Shown piece by piece: positions 56,767 to 64,000 of a DNA stretch of 64,000 nt; position 1 is the first letter of the stretch, and each line of letters starts with the position of its first letter. Origin of the DNA: Candidatus Ancaeobacter aquaticus (GTDB lineage Bacteria; Auribacterota; Ancaeobacteria; Ancaeobacterales; Ancaeobacteraceae). The position numbers and the translations under genes are program-made. The notes beneath the pieces are model-generated. The model saw nothing but the letters and a program-made list of their open reading frames with translations, ran no database searches and was not told the origin of the DNA. The DNA lies in the NCBI GenBank assembly GCA_030765405.1, contig JAVCCP010000078.1, positions 1 through 64,000 of the forward strand, read 5' to 3'.

Positions 56767-57900
56767 ATGAACGTTACTTGTATTGACATATATGAAGTAG
56801 AAATACCATTTAAAGTTTCATTTTCCCATTCTCTCAAAACACGCACTTCTTCTGAGAGTATTATCGTAAAAATTACCCTGGATAATGGCTCTTGCGGTTA
56901 CGGAGAAGGCCTCCCGCGCGAGTATGTTACGGGTGAAACTACCCTATCTGTCGCACTTGATATAAAAGACAAACTGGCGCCATTTCTTATTGGTAAGTCA
57001 TTTTCCTCGCTTCAAGAAGCACTCGATATATTTAAGAACAAAGATTACGAACATTTTAACGATTGTGGGAGCAGCGCTGTTTGTGCAGTGAGTACTGCCT
57101 TTTTAGATGCGGTGACTAAAGCCCATAATAAATCTATAGCGGATGTCATTGGTTCTCAAAAGAGGGACAAGATATTTTATACCGGGGTCATTTCGTCTGG
57201 TGAAATGAAAAAAGTGATTAAGTATGCGCTGCTATATAGACTTGGCGGGTTTAAGTATATTAAGCTTAAAGTAGGTACACCGGATGATATCGAAAAATTA
57301 AGAGTGGTAAGAAGGATTGTGGGTAAAAGCACTGATATACGGGTAGATGCGAATTGTGCTTGGAACTATGATCAGGCACGTGACATAATTGAGCAGATGA
57401 AAATATATGGTGTGAGTACAGTTGAGCAGCCGTTACCTAAAGAAGATATTGAAGGAATAAAAAAGTTAACACAATCCTCAGGTCTCTATATATCTGCGGA
57501 TGAGTCTTTAACGTCAGTTAATGATGCCCGAATGCTTGCAAAAGATAAAGTATTCAATATGTTCAATATCCGCCTATCAAAATGCTCAGGCATCTTCGAT
57601 GCTCTTAGTATTTACCATATTGCGAAAGAGAATAATATTAAGTGCCAGTTTGGCTGTCAAGTTGGGGAGACATCGATACTTTCTGCAGCTCAAAGGCATG
57701 TTGCAATGACACTTCCCGATGTAGATTATATTGAAGGGTCTTATTCCACGCATTTACTGAAAAGTGATATTGTTTTAAAACCTGTCAAATTTGGATATCG
57801 TGGTATCGGTCGCCCTATAGCTGGCACGGGCCTTGGTATTCAGGTAGATGAAACACTCCTAAAGAAATATACTACCAACACTCTCATATTAACATCATAA
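56767..57900 (+). CDS. Enolase-superfamily enzyme (dipeptide epimerase/muconate-lactonising subgroup)
   Basis: GYGEG.PR.YVTGET, KLKVG, RVDAN, EQP, ADES, GCQVGET. Confidence 0.85.
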   Translation: MNVTCIDIYEVEIPFKVSFSHSLKTRTSSESIIVKITLDNGSCGYGEGLPREYVTGETTLSVALDIKDKLAPFLIGKSFSSLQEALDIFKNKDYEHFNDCGSSAVCAVSTAFLDAVTKAHNKSIADVIGSQKRDKIFYTGVISSGEMKKVIKYALLYRLGGFKYIKLKVGTPDDIEKLRVVRRIVGKSTDIRVDANCAWNYDQARDIIEQMKIYGVSTVEQPLPKEDIEGIKKLTQSSGLYISADESLTSVNDARMLAKDKVFNMFNIRLSKCSGIFDALSIYHIAKENNIKCQFGCQVGETSILSAAQRHVAMTLPDVDYIEGSYSTHLLKSDIVLKPVKFGYRGIGRPIAGTGLGIQVDETLLKKYTTNTLILTS

Positions 57901-57998
57901 AATAAACCACCAAACCTAACCATACTCCTATACTAAATCACCTTCTAATGCAAATAAACACAATCTAAAACAACAATACTCAATTTATATCCACTGAC

Positions 57999-58018
57999 GT
58001 GGTGGGACTTTAGTCCCA
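57999..58018 (+). repeat. REP family A variant
   Basis: GTGG-TGGGAC-TTTA-GTCCCA; same TTTA loop with compensatory stem changes. Confidence 0.6.
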
Positions 58019-58129
58019 GTTTCACAAACAATTGGCATGCAATGTGATGAATAATATTATAGTATGCAGTATAAATATCGACAGGTGCAAATTAATTGGG
58101 CATAATGGAGATAAGGATAAGGGCAAAGT

Positions 58130-61100
58130 ATGATATGCTACTTAAAATCTAATGTTGTGATATTTGTTGTTTCATTCTTGTTAACAACAGCAATACCTGT
58201 GTGTCTTGGAGCTAGCTGGGAAAAATACATGCAAAAGCCCAAAGATACACAGAAGAGTATACAGAATAATTTAGATAAATATCGGAACGTAAATCAGCTC
58301 AAAATAGCCTGGAAACCTCCAGCTCAAAAGCAACCAATCAATATTCAAGAGCAGTTAAATAAATATAGAAACATAAATCAGCCCACAAAAGTTTATAAAG
58401 CGTCGCCCCCTCCTCCAAAAAGACCGCCCAACATTAATCAACAATTACAGCAAAACCGCTTTGTGCCAAAACCTACAGTTAAACCAAAGGCTCTTACAGA
58501 CCAACAAAGACGGGAACAATTTCAGAAACAAATGGAAGAGTATGCAAAAAAGATGCGGGTGCCAAAGATACAACCGGCAACTAAAACCAAGATAAATGTG
58601 CAGCCCGCAAAAAATATCCCTGTTCAGAAGAAACTTGATGTAAAGAAACCGACAGTGATTGTAAAGCCGCCTCCAAATAATACGAATGCTAAAAAGGTGG
58701 CCGGAAATTTAGGTAATACTATTGGTGCCATGCTCGGCCTGTATCCAAAGGCAAAAGAGATCGCAAATTATTTTGGAGATATTACTAAAACAATTCTTGC
58801 AATGAAACCTGAGATAAAACTTGAGCCGAAAAAAAAGAACGAGCCGGGCAAAGATTTTATGGATTATTTAAATCAAATCAAGGATCAAGGAATGAATCTT
58901 GCCTTGCAAGCAGGCCAGTGGATGCATAAAAATGACCCTGCTAAGTCTTCTAAGTCTGTAAAAAAGCAGTCGGCAAAGCCAATTAAACCTGATAGAGATT
59001 TTGCAGACTATATGGGAATGACAGGTAAAAAAGTAGTTGAACTATATAAAAAAGCCGGTGATAAAACTGTAGAAATGAATAAAGAGGCAAATAAATGGAT
59101 CAAAGATAATCCTAATAGTGCAAAAACATTATTTACTGAAATTGAAAAGTACAGAACCGCTATTAAAGTGGAACCCTATAAAGAGGGTTTTGCTGATAAA
59201 TTCGCAAAGTATGGTGGATATGGCATAAAAGCAATTGATATTAGCTTGGGTAAAATGAAGGATGTGGCTGAGAAATCTGGGGCAGGGGTAGCAGCCCATG
59301 GTGTTGTTGCAGGATATGAGGTTTTGAAGGGTGCCGGGTCATCTGCGAGTCAAGCAACAATCGATTATGATAAATTAGCTGAAGCAGGAAAGATAGACCC
59401 TAAAAAAGTAAGTAAGACTATGTTTGTAATGAAACAATTATATGCTGGCGCTGTAGACGGTGGACAGAATTATATAGCAGGTGAAGCCGGATTTCGTTCA
59501 ACAGGTAAGTTTACCGGAGAATTGACTGGGGTTGCTAAAGAAGTAACTGAACAAGTAGTGGGTGACCTTGCAACAAAAGGTTTTAAAGCAGTGGGGCAAG
59601 ATATTGTGGGCACAGCTGGTGAAAAAAAACCTAAAGAAGATCATGGAGTCAGTAGTTTTGGTCAGGCGTTGTTTGCTGCCGCTAAAGACAAAAATAGTGC
59701 AGTATCAAAAGATTCAAAGAAACCGACTGCTCCCCAAAAGAGCTCATCAAAGGTTTTAAATGGGCAACTTGTTATGTCGGATAGTCGGGGACGAAGCGCT
59801 ATGCAAACCGCACATTATTGTTATTCTACGGGGCAGTACTCTAAAGCGATTACATTTTTTAGTAAAGAGATAGCGGTAAATCCTGACAATAAAGCAGCGT
59901 TAATATTTCGTGCTCACTCATATAGTAAAACAGGCGATGATGTAAATGCGTTAAAAGATATTGAAAGATATAAAAATGCCGGTGGAGTGTTTGATGATCA
60001 TAGTTATAAAGTTGTAGCTGAAAGAGTCAGTGCAGAAGATAGAGCGAAAATACGAGCTGAGTCTAATAAGAATGCGCCTAAAAAGGTTGTAAAGTCGACG
60101 CATGGAATTTCTAAGGTATGTCTAAATTATTATAAGAAAGGGCTTACATGTCTTGCAAAAAAACAATACCAAGAAGCTGGCAATTATTTTACTCAAGCAT
60201 CTGGCGCAAGTTCTGGTAAGAGACACCCAGAGTCATTTAATAAAAAAGTAATGGATATGCGTTCGCATGCCTATAGGAAAGATCCAAGCTATGTCTCAAA
60301 AGCGAAAAAAGAATTAGAGCTCTTAGGTGTTACCGTTTCTTTGGATGAAGAAGAAGTGTTAGTGGTGGCTCAAAAAGAAGCGGAAGAGGTTTTGGAAGCT
60401 CAGAATGTTGCCCAGAGGCAGAAAATAGCAGCAAAGAAGGCTGTTGGGGAAGCCGCAGATAAAAGAACAACGGAGGAAACAGCAGCTAAAAAATTTCGAA
60501 TAAAAGGGGTTAAAGATAGGGGTATAAATTCGTCAATTTATAGTACGCAGGGACAAATAAAGTATAAACAAAAGAAATATACACAAGCTATTTTATGTGC
60601 TACTAAAGCTTTGCAGTTAGATCCTTCTAATAGTACTGCATTGTTAATACGTTCGCGGTGTTATAAAGCGCAGGGTGATTATATAAATGCTTTAAAAGAC
60701 TTAGATGCTTATAAAAACTTTGAAGGTAAGATTACTTCTGATTATCAGGAGGTAGCGGCAAAAGTTGGTGATGATTGTATATATGCCTTAAAAGATTTAG
60801 ACTCCGATAAAAGCATAGGAGGGAAGATTGCTTTACAGGAGGAAAAAGAGCCAGCGGTAAAAGTTGTTGAGGAAGATATAAAAGAAGTGAAACCGGCAGC
60901 CCAAAGAAAAACTAAAGATAATGAAATGGTGGTATCAATACTTAACGAAGCATCAAAAAAATGGGCAGTAAAAGCGCCGAAGAAAACTGTTCAAAAATCT
61001 GAGCAAAAGACTATTGATGCAAAAAGGAAAGCTCAAAATAAACCGACAGTAATCTCTAAAAAGAAAAACATTAACCCTCAGCTGTCAAAGGCACAGGCCC

Positions 61101-61966
61101 TTGCTTTGGCTAAAAACTTAATAAGAAGATGGTCTGTAAGTCCTAAAAAAAGCACACCAAAACCGGTTGTAAAACAAAAACCTGAGGTTCATAAGATAGA
61201 AGTTGTACAGAAACCACAATCAGCGCCGCCAAAAAATGTAGCACATGCAATAGAACAAATTGCTGCACTTGAGGAAATTAATCTTTCAGGCGATAATAAA
61301 GGTATGCTGAAAAGTTACCGTTATGCGACAAAAGACGGAGATGATGTTTTAGGTATAACGCGTAGTGAAATTGAATATGTCAAAGATGACGAGTCTGGAA
61401 AAATGGTAGCGACTGGATACATCGAGACGGTTAAGGATTCTGATGGTAGAGATTATAAGACAATCGAAAAAGTTGGTATTGAGTATGATAAAAATGGAAA
61501 AGAAAAGAGTTATCAGCAAATAGTATCAATAAAGGATGGAAAAACAGGAGAAGAGACAAAAGTACTTACCGTTGTGAAGGATGGTACGGTAGAAGCCGAA
61601 GCAACGACAAAGTTAGACAAAAATGGTAATGAAATTAATGCCTCTTCAGGAAATGATGTAAAATGTAAAGAAGCATTAGTAGCTTTGCGCGGGCAAAATA
61701 ATACGGTAAGAGTCATAAAAAGAGCGGGCGGTTCATCAAAATCTGCGCGTGAGATGGCGTGGAAACGGTTTAAAAAAGGCATGGCTACATTAAAGAAGGA
61801 TTTTGCAAAGATCGATGCGTCTTTGAGAGCCCAAAAGCGTAAATATGATAAGGTTGTTGATAAGAGCCATGCTCAGAGTATTACTCAAATGCAAAATGCC
61901 GCATCAGTAAAAGGTATGGATAAGAGAAAGGGTGAACGTAGAGAAAAGCAAAGAAAGATTAAATAG
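58130..61966 (+). CDS. Large secreted K/P/Q-rich protein with duplicated TPR modules
   Basis: 1278-aa ORF, signal peptide, repeats IQxxLxKYRNxNQ, two homologous TPR blocks ending NALKD(I/L)..YK. Confidence 0.75.
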   Translation: MICYLKSNVVIFVVSFLLTTAIPVCLGASWEKYMQKPKDTQKSIQNNLDKYRNVNQLKIAWKPPAQKQPINIQEQLNKYRNINQPTKVYKASPPPPKRPPNINQQLQQNRFVPKPTVKPKALTDQQRREQFQKQMEEYAKKMRVPKIQPATKTKINVQPAKNIPVQKKLDVKKPTVIVKPPPNNTNAKKVAGNLGNTIGAMLGLYPKAKEIANYFGDITKTILAMKPEIKLEPKKKNEPGKDFMDYLNQIKDQGMNLALQAGQWMHKNDPAKSSKSVKKQSAKPIKPDRDFADYMGMTGKKVVELYKKAGDKTVEMNKEANKWIKDNPNSAKTLFTEIEKYRTAIKVEPYKEGFADKFAKYGGYGIKAIDISLGKMKDVAEKSGAGVAAHGVVAGYEVLKGAGSSASQATIDYDKLAEAGKIDPKKVSKTMFVMKQLYAGAVDGGQNYIAGEAGFRSTGKFTGELTGVAKEVTEQVVGDLATKGFKAVGQDIVGTAGEKKPKEDHGVSSFGQALFAAAKDKNSAVSKDSKKPTAPQKSSSKVLNGQLVMSDSRGRSAMQTAHYCYSTGQYSKAITFFSKEIAVNPDNKAALIFRAHSYSKTGDDVNALKDIERYKNAGGVFDDHSYKVVAERVSAEDRAKIRAESNKNAPKKVVKSTHGISKVCLNYYKKGLTCLAKKQYQEAGNYFTQASGASSGKRHPESFNKKVMDMRSHAYRKDPSYVSKAKKELELLGVTVSLDEEEVLVVAQKEAEEVLEAQNVAQRQKIAAKKAVGEAADKRTTEETAAKKFRIKGVKDRGINSSIYSTQGQIKYKQKKYTQAILCATKALQLDPSNSTALLIRSRCYKAQGDYINALKDLDAYKNFEGKITSDYQEVAAKVGDDCIYALKDLDSDKSIGGKIALQEEKEPAVKVVEEDIKEVKPAAQRKTKDNEMVVSILNEASKKWAVKAPKKTVQKSEQKTIDAKRKAQNKPTVISKKKNINPQLSKAQALALAKNLIRRWSVSPKKSTPKPVVKQKPEVHKIEVVQKPQSAPPKNVAHAIEQIAALEEINLSGDNKGMLKSYRYATKDGDDVLGITRSEIEYVKDDESGKMVATGYIETVKDSDGRDYKTIEKVGIEYDKNGKEKSYQQIVSIKDGKTGEETKVLTVVKDGTVEAEATTKLDKNGNEINASSGNDVKCKEALVALRGQNNTVRVIKRAGGSSKSAREMAWKRFKKGMATLKKDFAKIDASLRAQKRKYDKVVDKSHAQSITQMQNAASVKGMDKRKGERREKQRKIK

Positions 61967-61998
61967 CTCGTATATAAACAAACATAGTATTCAATTTT

Positions 61999-62029
61999 GG
62001 GCGAGCCTGATGTGCTTGTCCTTTTTTTT
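61999..62029 (+). terminator. Intrinsic terminator candidate
   Basis: GGGCGAGC-CTGATGT-GCTTGTCC (two G-U pairs) followed by T8. Confidence 0.6.
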
Positions 62030-62093
62030 GTCTTAATATAAAACTCACAATACAAACAAATACTATTTAATGCAATTCTATCCCCTTTATATA

Positions 62094-62134
62094 CACCGCG
62101 TAGGTGGAATAGCCCCTGATCCACCTACGCGGTG
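62094..62134. repeat. Family B palindrome
   Basis: CACCGCGTAGGTGGA-atagcccctga-TCCACCTACGCGGTG perfect 15-bp stem. Confidence 0.85.
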
Positions 62135-62326
62135 GCGAAGCGCGGGGAGAGACAGAATTGTAAGAGTGTTCAAAAAAGTACCGCCTAATAATATTTTTCC
62201 TCTCAGATACCGATGGTTGTAAGAGTCTTATGTTAAATAATATACGGTGTATTTCTTTCTCTTTATTGTGAGTTGGCAAGGTTTATGCATTACTCCTTTG
62301 TTAAATAAATAAAAAGGAGGAAAGAA

Positions 62327-63370
62327 ATGAAAAGAATACGACAAAGAACAATAGTTAAGTTTTCGGTTATTGTTATGCTTGCGGTTTTTTTTATGACGAT
62401 GGCTGTAGTAGGGAAATTGCTTGCGTTTGACTGTAATCAGAGTAGAGATTATTCTATTGATACCTGTAAGCCCCCGAGCAATAAGTCTACACGTAATAAT
62501 TCTGCGATACATATAGCAAAACTTGTGAAAGCTGAAGGAATTGTATCAGACATAAAGAAATCTACAGCTAAAATTGAAAGAAAAGCAAAAAAGCGGACGA
62601 AGTCAACCAGTTATGCTTTGCAAACTAAACTTGCTGAAATACGAAAAAACACAAAATCTTTGCGTAACCAGAAATTTCAAGGGAAAGATCTTCTTGCTTC
62701 CAGAAACAGTGAAACCCTGGGGAAACTGTCATGGAATGATGTGGCTCAGCCACCTCGCGCTAAGAAGTTTTTAGCAAATATGGCCGGAATGTACCAACAA
62801 AAGACGTGCTGTAATGATGAAGTAGAAATGAAGTTACCCGGTGACTATGTATCCGAGGCGGATAAAAAGGATAAGGGTTTGCGAAAAGTTCAAAAATTTT
62901 CATCGAGACGTTCCGATACAGTGTTATCAAGAAATACGAACTCATCTCAGTGCGAGTCAGTATATGTCCCGCTCTATAAAAGTGAAATAATACATGACAA
63001 GAAAAAGGACTTTGAAGCGCAGAAAACAAAGGCATTATCTTATCTAGACCGCAAGGTGAATTCTATTGCCAGAGATAAAGATGAAGAAAATTCGAATATG
63101 GTGCAGGATGAGGATATTTTTATGCCGCAATTTAAGCCACAATTCACACATATTACCTATCGTAAGAGCAAAGCGCAAAGAGATCAAAGCATACAAGATC
63201 TTGTAAATAGGAGAGCTAAAAAGAAAATACGATTAAAATTACCACGGAAAATTATTGTATCTTCAGTTGTGGGTATCAATTCAAGGATACATATGAAAAA
63301 GAATAATACAAAAAGTGATATTAAATATGCAAAAACTCAAAAAGCTGAAAAAAGGTTAACAGGGTTTTAG
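62327..63370 (+). CDS. Secreted highly basic hypothetical protein
   Basis: AAAGGAGG RBS, signal peptide, K/R-rich 347 aa, no recognisable domain. Confidence 0.65.
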   Translation: MKRIRQRTIVKFSVIVMLAVFFMTMAVVGKLLAFDCNQSRDYSIDTCKPPSNKSTRNNSAIHIAKLVKAEGIVSDIKKSTAKIERKAKKRTKSTSYALQTKLAEIRKNTKSLRNQKFQGKDLLASRNSETLGKLSWNDVAQPPRAKKFLANMAGMYQQKTCCNDEVEMKLPGDYVSEADKKDKGLRKVQKFSSRRSDTVLSRNTNSSQCESVYVPLYKSEIIHDKKKDFEAQKTKALSYLDRKVNSIARDKDEENSNMVQDEDIFMPQFKPQFTHITYRKSKAQRDQSIQDLVNRRAKKKIRLKLPRKIIVSSVVGINSRIHMKKNNTKSDIKYAKTQKAEKRLTGF

Positions 63371-63407
63371 ATAAAACTACTCCGTAATGTAGCAATAATT
63401 TCATTGG

Positions 63408-63444
63408 ATAGCAGATATGTTCTAATATAGAGCATATCTGCTAT
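63408..63444 (+). terminator. Terminator-like hairpin
   Basis: ATAGCAGATATG...CATATCTGCTAT perfect 12-bp stem followed by a T-rich run. Confidence 0.65.
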
Positions 63445-63907
63445 TTCTTTGTTTTCGCTACAACTTCTTATGTTGTGTCAAGTTGTTATCGTAACTATGT
63501 TTAAGTAAATAGTGTAGTTTTGTTAAAATATGGAATGTAAATTGCTTATTCAACATAAGTAGATGGGTATGTTTACATGTATTTGTATATAGCATCAGTG
63601 ATTGCGCGAAAGTGAGAGATCTGATGCGAGAGGCTCCGGATAAGCGAAAAAAATGGGGGCAATAGCAGAAAAACAAGACTGGCTAATTTTACTTAAACTG
63701 TATTTTATGTGGACAAGTAAAGTGTATGTTCTGAAATGGAGCACCAGGTGATTTACTGAAATTGAGGGAATGTACAGGCGTGATGTGCAATTAACTTATC
63801 AAAGGGGTGTTACGAGCAAAAGAAAAAAGATCAAAATGATGGCATGTATTATGCTTAATAATAAATTAGCTCTTTCAAAACTAAACAAAATTAAAGTTCG
63901 ATGGACC

Positions 63908-63936
63908 TTGACAAAGAAGGCTATATAAATTACAAT
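63908..63936 (+). promoter_or_regulatory. Near-consensus sigma70 promoter
   Basis: TTGACA 63908-63913, 17-bp spacer, TACAAT 63931-63936. Confidence 0.7.
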
Positions 63937-63954
63937 GATATCGGAACTTTAAAG

Positions 63955-64000
63955 GAAAAAGGCAATTCTCGTCTTGATGAAGCGGGAAGCGCAAAACTAC
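63955..64000 (+). ncRNA. Possible c-di-GMP-I (GEMM) riboswitch, 5' half, truncated by window end
   Basis: AAAAGGCAAT-TCTCG..CGGGA-AG-CGCAAAACTAC resembles GGCAAA-P2-GA-CGCAAAGC; P2 loop is not GNRA. Confidence 0.45.

Noticed and set aside
57901..57990. Additional heptamer element before the 1278-aa gene
   Set aside because: A/C-rich, but the 7-nt periodicity is too degenerate to call by eye
63650..63928. 52-aa ORF 63770..63928, and possible TGA readthrough at 63749 joining it to an upstream frame
   Set aside because: No recognisable motif, poor RBS spacing, overlaps the -35 box; TGA is a normal stop elsewhere in the window and no SECIS-like hairpin is evident
1..64000. tRNA, rRNA, transposase, integrase or RAYT genes
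   Set aside because: No cloverleaf/T-loop, rRNA-like tract or transposase motif recognised; repeats here appear non-autonomous
1..64000. The many short ORF-track entries nested in or antisense to long genes
   Set aside because: They overlap well-supported CDSs and lack motifs or RBSs; treated as shadow ORFs

Overview
A 64-kb, AT-rich, gene-dense bacterial chromosomal region. It most likely comes from an anaerobic member of the PVC superphylum: a 52-aa PVC-signature small basic protein, missed by the ORF track, sits at 17362-17520, and metVF, class II RNR nrdJ, split MetH and GTP-type PEPCK are present. About 45 CDSs are supported. They include housekeeping and one-carbon genes (folD, metV, metF, metH, purC, pckG, nrdJ, recN), GDP-sugar genes (gmd, rmd-like, PMM), a Wza/Wzc/PHP-phosphatase export locus with two O-antigen-ligase-like paralogs, a minor-pilin pair, cyclic-nucleotide enzymes (CHASE2 adenylate cyclase, GAF-GGDEF), a ParB-like/SplB-like/GT4 cassette, and several large secreted proteins, among them a kinase-gluzincin peptidase fusion. 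I found no rRNA, tRNA, CRISPR array or transposase. The most unusual signal is intergenic, with several interlocking repeat systems: (i) 7-nt-periodic tracts arranged as inverted arms, often supplying stop codons; (ii) GTAG-type REP/REPIN hairpins with compensatory changes; (iii) a CACCGCGTAGG palindrome family; (iv) three divergent copies of a structured MITE-like core upstream of rmd, folD and nrdJ; (v) a 191-bp-period tandem structured element between two terminators; (vi) a c-di-GMP-I-like leader behind a near-consensus promoter, cut off by the window end. All assignments come from motif reading by eye; no database searches were run.
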